64,000 nucleotides of DNA. Source: Eledone cirrhosa. Taxonomy: Eukaryota. The DNA is taken from NCBI GenBank assembly GCA_964016885.1, contig OZ024742.1, positions 299,956,001 through 300,020,000 on the forward strand. Direction: 5' to 3'. This document shows positions 41,559 to 55,249 of this stretch, piece by piece. The translations under genes were made by a program, and so were the position numbers. Under the pieces are notes generated by a model, which was not told the DNA's origin, made no database searches, and saw only the letters and a program-made list of their open reading frames with translations. Each line of letters opens with the position of its first letter. Within the stretch, counting starts at the first letter, position 1.

Positions 41559-41863
41559 AAGATAAAATATTAAACAAATAATGAATAAACAATGAAAACA
41601 GTTCCTTATATTAAACAAAAAAAGTTCATTATTTAACGATCGTTTCTAGGATATATATGTGTTAGAATTGGCATGCATATTCAACAGATCTATGTACAAA
41701 ATTATACAAAATTATACAAACTATCAAGATTAAATATACATACCAACACATATATACGCCGTCTTCAGAAATAATCAAAAACGATCGTTAAATAATGAAC
41801 TTTTTTTGTTTAATATAAGGAACTGTTTTCATTGTTTATTCATTATTTGTTTAATATTTTATA
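41559..41863. mobile_element. Small fold-back element with ~85-bp inverted arms
   Basis: 41562-41645 is inverted at 41779-41862; lies between (TA)n tracts. Confidence 0.85.
41628..41775 (-). ncRNA. Hammerhead ribozyme with very long (~115 nt) stem-loop II
   Basis: attattt-CTGAAGA-cggcg tatatatgtgttgg...ctaacacatatata tccta-GAAA-cgatcg-TT-aaataat. Confidence 0.72.
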
Positions 41864-41883
41864 TATATAATATATATATATAT

Positions 41884-43488
41884 ATTGGAATAAATGCTCT
41901 GAAATAGCGATATATATGTGAATATAGACATAGAATATTCGAAAATATTCTGTATGTTTATAATAAACATTTTGAAGACCTAATCGCTATAGAATAGAAT
42001 ACGTCACGTATTACAATTAGATTCTCGATAAAAGCAAGGGAAGTAATCTACGCGTTTCATTCTTGTTAGAAATCATCAGGACTACATATCCAGTGCTTTT
42101 ATCGAGAATGACACAGCTAGAGACTTATAGAATACTTAGCTGTGTACAGGAACTGGTTTGAAAGAGCGGTTGCCGGTCCGGCAGAAATTAGAAATTGGAA
42201 TAAATGCTCTGAAATAGCGATATATATGTGAATATAGACATAGAATATTCGAAAATATTCTGTATGTTTATAATAAACATTTTGAAGACCTAATCGCTAT
42301 AGAATAGAATACGTCATGTATTACAATTAGATTCTCGATAAAAGCAAGGGAAGTAATCTACGCGTTTCATTCTTGTTAGAAATCATCAGGACTACATATC
42401 CAGTGCTTTTATCGAGAATGACACAGCTAGAGACTTATAGAATACTTAGCTGTGTACAGGAACTGGTTTGAAAGAGCGGTTGCCGGTCCGGCAGAAATTA
42501 GAAATTGGAATAAATGCTCTGAAATAGCGATATATATGTGAATATAGACATAGAATATTCGAAAATATTCTGTATGTTTATAATAAACATTTTGAAGACC
42601 TAATCGCTATAGAATAGAATACGTCACGTATTACAATTAGATTCTCGATAAAAGCAAGGGAAGTAATCTACGCGTTTCATTCTTGTTAGAAATCATCAGG
42701 ACTACATATCCAGTGCTTTTATCGAGAATGACACAGCTAGAGACTTATAGAATACTTAGCTGTGTACAGGAACTGGTTTGAAAGAGCGGTTGCCGGTCCG
42801 GCAGAAATTAGAAATTGGAATAAATGCTCTGAAATAGCGATATATATGTGAATATAGACATGTCTATATTCACATATATATCGCTATTTCAGAGCATTTA
42901 TTCCAATTTCTAATTTCTGCCGGACCGGCAACCGCTCTTTCAAACCAGTTCCTGTACACAGCTAAGTATTCTATAAGTCTCTAGCTGTGTCATTCTCGAT
43001 AAAAGCACTGGATATGTAGTCCTGATGATTTCTAACAAGAATGAAACGCGTAGATTACTTCCCTTGCTTTTATCGAGAATCTAATTGTAATACGTGACGT
43101 ATTCTATTCTATAGCGATTAGGTCTTCAAAATGTTTATTATAAACATACAGAATATTTTCGAATATTCTATGTCTATATTCACATATATATCGCTATTTC
43201 AGAGCATTTATTCCAATTTCTAATTTCTGCCGGACCGGCAACCGCTCTTTCAAACCAGTTCCTGTACACAGCTAAGTATTCTATAAGTCTCTAGCTGTGT
43301 CATTCTCGATAAAAGCACTGGATATGTAGTCCTGATGATTTCTAACAAGAATGAAACGCGTAGATTACTTCCCTTGCTTTTATCGAGAATCTAATTGTAA
43401 TACGTGACGTATTCTATTCTATAGCGATTAGGTCTTCAAAATGTTTATTATAAACATACAGAATATTTTCGAATATTCTATGTCTATA

Positions 43489-43492
<4 letters not shown>
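41884..43492. mobile_element. Tandem array of a 310-bp hammerhead unit folded into a spacer-less palindrome
   Basis: Units start at 41885, 42195, 42505 and 42815. Symmetry centre 42860|42861 (atagacatgtctat); about 630-bp mirror arm to 43492; flanked by (TA)n. Confidence 0.93.
42992..43080 (+). ncRNA. Extended type I hammerhead ribozyme (cores 43016-43058 and 43326-43368 +; 42043-42085, 42353-42395, 42663-42705 -)
   Basis: attctcgataaaagca ctggatat gtagtc-CTGATGA-tttc taacaa gaat-GAAA-cgcg-TA-gattac ttccct tgcttttatcgagaat. Confidence 0.9.
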
Positions 43493-43561
<69 letters not shown>

Positions 43562-43717
43562 TAATATATATATAATATATATAATATATATATAATATAT
43601 ATAATATATATATAATATATATATAATATATATATAATATATATATATACATATATATAATATATATATAATATATATATAATATAATATATATATAATA
43701 TATATATAATATATATA

Positions 43718-46700
43718 TCATCATCATCATCATCAGGTTTAGCGTCCGTGTTCCACGCTTGCATGGGTTTGGACGGGGGTTTTCCCACTTGAGGCAAGAG
43801 TGGTTGTCTTGCTCGCATAGGACTGTCTGGCGGGTTTTCTACAGTTGGATGCCCTTCCTAACACCAACCACATTTACAGTGTGGGGCTGGGAGGTTTTTA
43901 CCGTGTTGCCTACACGGCCACATTACAGCGTGGACTGTCTGGCGGGTTTTCTACAGCTGGATGCCCTTCCTAACACCAACCACATTTACAGTGTGGGGCT
44001 GGGAGGTTTTTACCGTGTTGCCTACACGGCCACATTTACAGCGTGGACTGTGTGTTTTTTGTCGTGACACCTACACGATCTCATTTGTTTCGGCCTGGAT
44101 GTTGTGTGACCAACATAACTTTACATTGAAAGGGGCGGTGTGGGTGGGGTGGAGGTGGTGGGACGGGGGTGTGTTTTGATAGAGGTGCCTACTGACTGTA
44201 GTAGGTTTTTACTTTGTATTTAGGTAAGGCGGGTCTTCTCTATTACTGAGTACCGCCAAAGGTCTCGGTCCAGTGACATTGTCTTGGAGAGGTGTAAGCG
44301 TGTGAGGTCGGAATTTATCAGCTCGTCCCATGTTTTTCTGGGTCTGCCTACTCCGTGGCTACCGTCTATCTTTATTGCCCTGCACTTTGTTATACAGCTG
44401 TCGTCTTTCATGCGCATCACGTGACCGTACCAACGTAGCCTTCTCTCGAGTAAACAACATCTGATCCCTCTTATTTCTAATTTTTTCCTTAGTTCGTTTA
44501 TGCTTTGCCGTTCACGTATATTACTATTGCACATCCAGCGGAGCATGCAAGCTTCGTTCCTCTCTAGTCTGCGTATATCCTCTGCACACAATGCCCAGGT
44601 CTCACTGCCATGCAGCATTGCTGTTCGTATGCAGGCATCGTATAACCTGCCTTTCATTTTTATGGAGAACCCTCTAGCGGCTAATAGTGGTATAAGCTCT
44701 CTGAACTTTTTCCATCCAGTTCTGACTCTAGCTACTGTACTTTCAGAGCACCCTCCCCCACTGCTGATTTTCTCACCCAGATAACGGAAGCTGTCCACTA
44801 TTTCTATAGAACCCTCTGCGCAGTTGAAGGAGCTAGTATTTTGTGGGCACTTGCTGCTACTTATTGCACCAGAGCACCGGCCACATGTAAAATCTATGTT
44901 CTTAGTTAGCTTACCTGTGATCCCACTACATCTTTTATGCACCCATACTTTGCATTTGGGACACAAAATGGAGTTTCTACCTACGCCTTTCCTACACACT
45001 GAGCATGGCCATTTCCCCGATGGGACCGCCGCCTTATTTTCTTTCCTACAAACTAGAACTTTAGTCTTAGCCAGGTTAATTTTAAGGCCTTTTGATTCTA
45101 GGCCGTGCTTCCACGTTTGGAATTTCTTCTCTAGTTCGGTCATTGATTCAGCTATGAGCGTTAGATCATCTGCGTATAGGAGTTCCCATGGGCAGCCGGT
45201 CTTGAACTCCTCTGTTATAGCCTGAAGGGCAATAATAAATAGTAGGGGGCTAAGTACAGAGCCCTGATGGACACCAACTTTTACGCTAAACTCTTCACTA
45301 TATTCGTTGTTAATTCTAACCTTACTGACTGTTTCTTTATACATGGCTTGTATAGCTCTCACAAGCCATTCGTCAACACCTAGTTTTCTAAGAGACCACC
45401 AGATAATGGAACGGGGGACTCTGTCGAAGGCTTTCTCCAAGTCGACAAAAGCTAAGTATAGGGGTTTACTTTTAGCTAGGTACTTCTCCTGTAGTTGTCG
45501 TACAATGAAAAGAGCGTCTGTGGTACTTTTGCCTGACACAAACCCGAACTGCATTTCATCTAGATCAATTCTCTCTCTGATTAGTTGCGCTATTACTTTT
45601 TCCGTGACCTTCATGACCTGGTCGATTAATTTAATGCCTCTATAGTTACTCCTATCTAGGGCATCTCCTTTTCCCTTATAGCAGTTAACGATGATGCTGC
45701 TACGCCATTCCTTCGGAACAACCCCATTCTGTACGACTTGGTTAACTATCCGGGTGACCATGGTGTGTCCCACCGAACCAGATGCCTTCAGCATCTCAGC
45801 AACTATTTCCGAAGGCCCAGCCGCCTTACCCGTCTTCATATCTTTGATTGCCTTACTTATTATACTACCTTCAACTAACACTGCTGGTCCCTCTATTGGA
45901 TCGATCTGGGGAGACTGTCTTTCTCCCATTTGTTCTCCTCATTTAGAAGCCTTTCGTAGTGACACTTCCAAGCTACCTTCTTATCAGCGTCGGTGATGGC
46001 AAGTATGCCATCATCGTTAAGTACACACTTCTCCCCGACAATATCACGGTTTTCCTTGACACATTGCCTGGCAATCCTGAACACCTCACGTTTTTGGTCC
46101 TCACGTTGTAGAACATGCTTGAACTTTCTTTCCTCTGCTTCCCTTCTTGCGAAGTACACTTGTCTCCTAGCTTCCCTCCTGGCCACTTGATAGTCTTCTC
46201 TACTTCCCCCATCCCGCCATACTTTCCAAGCCTGCTTTTTGGCCTTAATTGACTCCTCCACCTTACTGTTCCACCACCATGTTACTCTCCTCCTACCTAC
46301 AGGCCTGCTCCAGCCACAGACTTCGTCTGCCGCCGTCAGCAGGTTTGCTCTCAGGAATTCCCACTGTTCCTCTATATTATACGACTCTAATTGCTCTTCC
46401 TTACTGTCGAAAGCGTCAAGTAATTTGCTTTGAAATTTATTTCTGGCTATGGGGTCCTTTAGCTTCCATATTTTTCTCCTGAGGATAGTCCTCTTTCGCT
46501 GTCTAGTACGTCTCGTCCTGACTATGAGGTCGCTAATTATCAGTCTATGTTGGGAGGTGAATTCTTCATGGGGGTGGGATTTAGTGTTAACAACAGACAC
46601 TCTGTCACGTCTTCTGGTAAGGATATAATCTACCTGGCTTGTGTGTTCCCCCGATCTATAGGTGATCAAGTGATTGTCTCGTTTTTTGAAGTTAGTGTTA

Positions 46701-47545
46701 CAGATAGTTAAGTTATTTGCGTCGCAGAATTCCAGGATTCTGGAGCCTTCCTCATTTCTAGTACCGAACCCATAGCCTCCATGGATTCCGTCATAGCCGT
46801 CCAACGTGACCATTTAGGTCGCCTGCAATAACTATATAGTCACTGTCGGTTATTTGGGAGGTAGCGAGCATCAGTGTCTCGTAGAATCTGTCTTTTATAG
46901 CGCGGGGCTGTCCGGATTGGGGTGCGTACGCAGATATTACTGTCACCGTAGTTTTATTGAGGACAAGTCTTATTTTAATTATTCTGTCGTTCACTCTATT
47001 TACGTCTATTATCTTATCTGCCCACTTTTCTGCTACCATGATTCCTACCCCACCCAACCCATTGTCATTTCCCACCCAGAAAAGCTTATAGCATCGCTCT
47101 TTACCCACGATGAATCTAGCCGACCCTCCCCTCCACCTGGTCTCTTGAATACAACAAACATCGACCTACTTACGTTCAAGCATTTCTACAACCTCGTTAG
47201 AGCGACCCTTTAAGGTGCCTACATTCATGGTACCAACTCTGAAGTTTTGGATTGCGTTTGGAGGGTGGGAGCGGTGGGGCGCGGGGGGGGGATGGGGTTA
47301 TGTTAGCCATCCTGGGCCGAAACAAGGAGGAGTGCTTGCATTCTCGTCCACGAGGTGAATTTGGCTTTATCTTTGGCATTGTCGCTGAGCGTCCACATTT
47401 TTCTCTCTTCAACTCTCCAGGATTCCGTAGTCCATCCATCATATCGAAAAGCAACCAGTTAAGCGATAGTATGGGCCTCTGACTTATGATTGGTCCACGT
47501 AATAATGGTGGTGCGTGGGGGCGGGAGGGAGGGCTGATGGGTTGT
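43718..47545 (-). mobile_element. RTE-clade LINE with (GAT)n tail, inserted in (TA)n
   Basis: Tail tcatcatcatc at 43718-43735. The 3' UTR has a ~112-bp tandem duplication (43820-44050) containing ggatgcccttcctaacaccaacc. Confidence 0.9.
44220..47250 (-). pseudogene. RTE polyprotein: APE, RT and PHD-like Cys-rich insert; one nonsense codon and two frameshifts
   Basis: VGTMNVGTL, CIQETRW, AYAPQ, AGDLNGHVG, SQHRL; NYRGIKL, QFGF, DLEKAFD, GVHQGSVLSP, YADD; CSVC..CPKC..HKRC..CGRC. Confidence 0.92.
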
Positions 47546-50465
47546 TAGCGAGAATGTAAGGTTTAAGATAAGATCGCCGTATTTTGGGCATGATTTAACA
47601 ATAAACGAAAATACAAGATTTGTTTTGTTTAAGAAATTACGATAGAGAAAATGCGGTGATAGGGAAAATATGATTTTTAGAGAAAAGATATGATATATAA
47701 TGGTGAAAATATGATATAGTGTGAAATTAGGACATAGAAGTGATTGAATGAATGGGTTCGGATGGAGAGAAGAATCGAGAAAAAAATTGGGCATAATTTA
47801 ACAATAAACGAAAATACAAGATTTGTTTTGTTTAAGAAATTACGATAGAGAAAATGCGGTGATAGGGGAAGTATGATTTTTAGAGAAAAGATATGATATA
47901 TAATGGTGAAAATATGATATAGTGTGAAATTAGGACATAGAAGTGATTGAATGAATGGGTTCGGATGGAGAGAAGAATCGAGAAAAATTTGAACGTTACT
48001 TTATACCGAAGGGAACAGCCATCCCAGAAATAGCGAGTTGGCGATTTTGATTAATTTTGGTAGGGTTTTATCTTATATGTATAGAGAGGGGGGGGCAGGA
48101 ACCAGCATGATGAATGGGTAGGGGGTAGAATATGGGATGGAGCAGAGGTTAAAAGTTTAAATAGGTACTCGAAGATTTGCGTAAAACTTAGCAAGTTTAA
48201 CAAATTATATTTAAAGGAATATATAATAGTGATAGCGAGAATGTAAGGTTTAAGATAAGATCGCCGTATTTTGGGCATGATTTAACAATAAACGAAAATA
48301 CAAGATTTGTTTTGTTTAAGAAATTACGATAGAGAAAATGCGGTGATAGGGAAAATATGATTTTTAGAGAAAAGATATGATATATAATGGTGAAAATATG
48401 ATATAGTGTGAAATCAGGACATAGAAGTGATTGAATGAATGGGTTCGGATGGAGAGAAGAATCGAGAAAAAAATTGGGCATAATTTAACAATAAACGAAA
48501 ATACAAGATTTGTTTTGTTTAAGAAATTACGATAGAGAAAATGCGGTGATAGGGGAAGTATGATTTTTAGAGAAAAGATATGATATATAATGGTGAAAAT
48601 ATGATATAGTGTGAAATTAGGACATAGAAGTGATTGAATGAATGGGTTCGGATGGAGAGAAGAATCGAGAAAGAAATTGGGCATAATTTAACAATAAACG
48701 AAAATACAAGATTTGTTTTGTTTAAGAAATTACGATAGAGAAAATGCGGTGATAGGGAAAATATGATTTTTAGAGAAAAGATATGATATATAATGGTGAA
48801 AATATGATATAGTGTGAAATTAGGACATAGAAGTGATTGAATGAATGGGTTCGGATGGAGAGAAGAATCGAGAAAAAAATTGGGCATAATTTAACAATAA
48901 ACGAAAATACAAGATTTGTTTTGTTTAAGAAATTACGATAGAGAAAATGCGGTGATAGGGGAAGTATGATTTTTAGAGAAAAGATATGATATATAATGGT
49001 GAAAATATGATATAGTGTGAAATTAGGACATAGAAGTGATTGAATGAATGGGTTCGGATGGAGAGAAGAATCGAGAAAAATTTGAACGTTACTTTATACC
49101 GAAGGGAACAGCCATCCCAGAAATAGCGAGTTGGCGATTTTGATTAATTTTGGTAGGGTTTTATCTTATATGTATAGAGAGGGAGGGGGGGGGGCAGGAA
49201 CCAGCATGATGAATGGGTAGGGGGTAGAATATGGGATGGAGCAGAGGTTAAAAGTTTAAATAGGTACTCGAAGATTTGCGTAAAACTTAGCAAGTTTAAC
49301 AAATTATATTTAAAGGAATATATAATAGTGATAGCGAGAATGTAAGGTTTAAGATAAGATCGCCGTATTTTGGGCATGATTTAACAATAAACGAAAATAC
49401 AAGATTTGTTTTGTTTAAGAAATTACGATAGAGAAAATGCGGTGATAGGGAAAATATGATTTTTAGAGAAAAGATATGATATATAATGGTGAAAATATGA
49501 TATAGTGTGAAATTAGGACATAGAAGTGATTGAATGAATGGGTTCGGATGGAGAGAAGAATCGAGAAAAAAATTGGGCATAATTTAACAATAAACGAAAA
49601 TACAAGATTTGTTTTGTTTAAGAAATTACGATAGAGAAAATGCGGTGATAGGGGAAGTATGATTTTTAGAGAAAAGATATGATATATAATGGTGAAAATA
49701 TGATATAGTGTGAAATTAGGACATAGAAGTGATTGAATGAATGGGTTCGGATGGAGAGAAGAATCGAGAAAGAAATTGGGCATAATTTAACAATAAACGA
49801 AAATACAAGATTTGTTTTGTTTAAGAAATTACGATAGAGAAAATGCGGTGATAGGGGAAGTATGATTTTTAGAGAAAAGATATGATATATAATGGTGAAA
49901 ATATGATATAGTGTGAAATTAGGACATAGAAGTGATTGAATGAATGGGTTCGGATGGAGAGAAGAATCGAGAAAAATTTGAACGTTACTTTATTCCGAAG
50001 GGAACAGCCATCCCAGAAATAGCGAGTTGGCGATTTTGATTAATTTTGGTAGGGTTTTATCTTATATGTATAGAGAGGGAGGGGGGGGGGGGGGCAGGAA
50101 CCAGCATGATGAATGGGTAGGGGGTAGAATATGGGATGGAGCAGAGGTTAAAAGTTTAAATAGGTACTCGAAGATTTGCGTAAAACTTAGCAAGTTTAAC
50201 AAATTATATTTAAAGGAATATATAATAGTGATAGCGAGAATGTAAGGTTTAAGATAAGATCGCCGTATTTTGGGCATGATTTAACAATAAACGAAAATAC
50301 AAGATTTGTTTTGTTTAAGAAATTACGATAGAGAAAATGCGGTGATAGGGAAAATATGATTTTTAGAGAAAAGATATGATATATAATGGTGAAAATATGA
50401 TATAGTGTGAAATTAGGACATAGAAGTGATTGAATGAATGGGTTCGGATGGAGAGAAGAATCGAG

Positions 50466-50473
<8 letters not shown>
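47546..50473. repeat. Higher-order tandem array: ten 203-bp monomers (A) and three ~285-295-bp spacers (B), pattern A2-B-A4-B-A3-B-A1
   Basis: A starts at 47585, 47788, 48272, 48475, 48678, 48881, 49371, 49574, 49777, 50271. B starts at ~47988, 49081, 49977. Confidence 0.95.
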
Positions 50474-50525
<52 letters not shown>

Positions 50526-51046
50526 GCGCGCAAATAAAATTACGATTGTTTTATTTAATTTCTTTATCAAATAATGCCAATTTTATTTTTTCAGTGAGTG
50601 TGTGTTTTCGCGACGGCCCCCCCCCCCCCCCCCCCTCCCTACCCCCACACACACATACACACACTTTACGTGGCGTTTTGTTTATTTATTTATGAACTTC
50701 TTTTCATTTCAATTAAACAGTCTGAAAAATATCTAGAAAAAAAAATCATACAAAAATAAAACGAAAGCAACTACAAGAAAAAAACTTCCATCACGAAGCA
50801 ATTATTATTCAACTGAATTTTGATGATAACTATAATTGCCAATAAACTTCAATAAGAAATATATATGTCAATAGCAAGTAGGTATTTTAAAATATTTTAT
50901 CATTAACACTTATTTGTATTCAATAATTTTTAGAGTTATTTTTTTACTCGTTGTTCACTAGTGGAGACGTTGTCGATAAACAAACTTACATTATATTTAC
51001 TTATTTACTTGAAACTTTTAAACACATATACACACACATTCAGACA

Positions 51047-51167
<121 letters not shown>

Positions 51168-51278
51168 GTATATATATATGTATATATATATGTATATATA
51201 TATATGTATATATATATATGTATATATATATATGTATATATATATATGTATATATATATATATGTATATATATATATG

Positions 51279-51325
<47 letters not shown>

Positions 51326-51402
51326 GTATATATATATGTGTATATATATATATATATATATGTGTGTATATATGTATATATATATATGTGTGTGTATATA
51401 TG

Positions 51403-51479
<77 letters not shown>

Positions 51480-51512
51480 GTATATATATATATGTATATA
51501 GGTATATATATG

Positions 51513-51579
<67 letters not shown>

Positions 51580-51584
51580 ATATA

Positions 51585-51651
<67 letters not shown>

Positions 51652-51833
51652 ACATATATATATATATTTATAATTATGTATATATTTATATATATATATT
51701 TATGTACATATATATATATGTGTGTGTGTGTATTTATGTATATATTTATTTGTATATATATATATTTATATATGTGTATATATATATATACTATATATGT
51801 ATATATTTATATATATGTGTATATATATATACT

Positions 51834-51870
<37 letters not shown>

Positions 51871-51889
51871 GTGTATATATATATATATA

Positions 51890-51938
<49 letters not shown>

Positions 51939-52015
51939 ATATATATATACTTATATATATATATATATACTTATGTATATATATATATACGTATGTATAT
52001 ATATATATATATACT

Positions 52016-52058
<43 letters not shown>

Positions 52059-52745
52059 CCAATGTGTTTATTTGTCTAAGGAAAAGAAATGAATTTCAAT
52101 ATGAATAAATCATTAGTAAACAATTGTATCCTGATGGATGTTAGACATCTGTCAATTTATTTGCTCTGTGATGACACAGAGAAATAAAAATCCAATTTAT
52201 GTCCATTACAATTATAACAAAAACTTTAACACTTTCGTCACCATATTTCAAATGAAAAGCACTACCTATGATTTTCAAATAATTTTGAAAATAACCAAGA
52301 ATTTGTTGGGGGCCTACTAATATAACTAACGTTTACATTATAAAGCTGGAAATTTGGAATATTTCAAAGGTTCTTACATAAAATTTTGATGGAATATTTT
52401 TAGCTATATAATATAAACTATTTAAAATAACTAGTTTTGTATCATAGAATCATGGATGTTTTCTAGCAGTTTGATATAAAAAAGGTTAAAGATATATTTG
52501 TGGTGGTCGTGCTTTTATTTTCTTCTTCAAATGTTTTCCTATATATTTTCAATTCTATTTTATTTTGTACTTTTTTACTCTCTAAGGACGTACAGCTCGT
52601 GAAATTTTGTGATTTGTCTCTTTTGAGTAATATAACACAAGAATTCAAAACAATAAAAAAACATTATATGTTTATATGTATATATATATGCAATTATTCT
52701 GAAAACGACAAAAGAGTTATTTTAAGGGAAGATCAATCTCATATT

Positions 52746-52928
52746 GTGGATTGGCAGTAGAGGGTTGGACGCCATGCTTTGCAGCATAATTACGGTCCTT
52801 TACGGTCTCAGTTCAAATCCCGCCGAGGTTAGCTTTGCCTTTCATCCTTCCGGGGTCAATAAAATAAAATACCAGTAATGCACTGGGATAATTGCTGGCC
52901 TTGTGCCAAAAAGTTGAAACAATTATTG
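52746..52928 (+). mobile_element. tRNA-derived SINE (Nin/Deu-type domain)
   Basis: A-box-like tggcagtagagg, B-box gttcaaatcc, tttgcctttcatccttccggggtc domain, short ATT tail. Confidence 0.8.
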
Positions 52929-52997
52929 TTAAATCAAATACGTTAAATATCCTTGAAAAGAAGAAATGTTTTATCAATTATTTTAGGGTATAGGTAA

Positions 52998-54700
52998 CCT
53001 ACTTTGTTGAAAAAGATGCCATCCGACGTATTCTTTTTACTGGATATTCTGTGTAATGAACATGAAATACTTTAATTATACGAAATATGAAGGTAAAGCC
53101 AGTTGAATGGTTTAGTGAGAGGGGAAACACAACGATAAAGAAAAAGACAAAATGGAGTGGAAAGAAAGTATGTTTGCATATGTGGAAATTAGTTCAGTAT
53201 TTTTATTCAAGGTTTTAATATTATGACTTAAAATTAAAAGTTTCTCCAGAGTAGGCAAAGAACAGTATGAGTTAGATTGCATTTTTATACTTTGTACGAA
53301 AGTTGTCATCTAATGTTGCAAATTCAATTATAACTTCTCATACACATGTGTTACTGGGCTAGTGGTGATAGATCATCTCATTAATGTTATAAATGCATAA
53401 TTATGCTGATGAAATCTAATTTTAAATTGATTTGCTGTTAATCTGATATAATCTATGTCAATCTGACGAATGTTTAATGTGACAATGGCTGCATAGATAA
53501 CTGTTTTATTTTTTCTTTGGACAAATGACATAGCTGGACAAAATATTTATGAATGGCAATTACATTTGGGAGTTGTTAATGTTATTTGGGCTCTGGTAAT
53601 TAGAGTTATTTATCGTTTTTATGATTGCCAATGGGTGATATTTTGTTAGTTTGTGAGCGAGGTTTGTGGCGTTGAGTAGCATAATTTGATTGAATTTGGT
53701 TTAACAAGTTTCCTATATTTATGTGTAATGTGAAATTGCGATTTTAGATGATGGAGGAATGAATATCTTTTCCTTTTGAGGTACTGACATTCATTAAATG
53801 TGATGGATCAAACCACCTGATCCTTCATTGGGTTTCCGCTTATCAACGTGTGTGTGTGTGTTTGATATTTATTGGGCTTTTTAAACCGTTAGATTACAGT
53901 GTTTCATTGTATAAATCTACTACTCTATTCAATAAGGCTTCGTCATAAGAGATAGCCGAGGTTCTGAAAGTAGATTTCTAGTAACATATAATGGTCAAAC
54001 CAACCATCGTGACCATGAATGATAGCGAGCGCCAAATAATTTAGTTTGGTTGGATTTTACTGTTATTAAGGTCAAATATTACCTCTAAGAAATTGGCCAA
54101 TCCGTGGTTGCTATATATTGTAATTTTTTGAAATAGCTTTGTTAGATTTTTCCTCATATTTTCTCCTTGTTACTCGTTGTTATAATTGGAGATTGAACAC
54201 GCCGTTATCTCTAAATATTCCCGTTAACAGATTAGAATTAATTTTCTATTACGTTATCCTTCCACCCAAGCCCACCCCAAGTCAATTAAGTTTAAAATTT
54301 TTATGAATCTCATGGCTTACTATATTGTGTGTTCGCCATCCGTATGGTATTATGAAAGAAAAGATTTTCTAGCGTGCGTTATTATTTGTATATAATTATC
54401 TGCGATAAAAGAATAGAGTTTAAAAAATGCATGATTTTTAAAAGCAAAGGTTTAGTTATGGAAGGGTTGTATTCAATTATATCAAAGTGGGCGTACACGT
54501 ATTTTCTTTATTATGGATAGCCTACTTTGTTGAAAAAGATGCCATCCGGCGTATTCCTTTTACTGGATATTCTGTGTAATGCTTCAGGCATTTGTGAACA
54601 TGAAATACTTTATTTATACGAAATATGAAGGTAAAGCCAGTTGAATGGTTTAGTGAGAGAGGAAATACAACGATAAAGAAAGACAAAAGGAGTGGATGGA
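52998..54700 (-). mobile_element. Old, degraded Penelope-like element with direct pseudo-LTRs
   Basis: Direct repeats at 52998-53161 and 54521-54696. Manual minus-strand translation gives RIRWFDP, KCNCHS*IFCP, VIYAAIVT...YIRLTANQFKIRFHQH, CSLPTLEKLLIL..LNKNTEL. Confidence 0.75.
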
Positions 54701-55249
54701 CGTGGTGGAGGTGAAATTGTGTATATAAAAGTTATGGTGAGAGGAACAGTAGCATAAAAGCTGCTTACGTTAATTCCTAAAGTTTTAGTCAACAATTTTG
54801 CTTCTAGGTATTTATGTGTGTATACCTATCTTTACTGTCGTCTTATGTATGCAGGTGTGCTTATGCACCTGTGTGTCAGTATTCGTAAGTTGAAACTTGA
54901 TATGCTTTCCGTTACATTTTCCGACTTATGCACTCTCTACAACGTGTACTTGTTCATTATATTTTAAATTAATACTTGTTATAAATATGTTATTAATTCT
55001 TGAAACAAACGTGTTGGTGGCATTTTCACGGACAATTGCAACTAAAATTCATTCAAACAACCACAAGATCTTTTGTATCATCATAAATGTCAATGAGGTG
55101 ACAGCTAAGCTATTTTATGTAAATAGCAGTTGAAGGAGCATGTACATCTGCATTCTCAACAATGTATGTTTATATACATTTATGATGGCTGCAACTCGAT
55201 GTTGAGTAATGCCAAAGCTTGATACTTAAGCATGATACTTAAGAATTGC

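Noticed and set aside
47546-50473. CRISPR-like or ribozyme-bearing array
   Set aside because: Spacers are identical rather than unique, there are no cas genes, the context is eukaryotic, and I found no CUGANGA/GAAA core in A or B.
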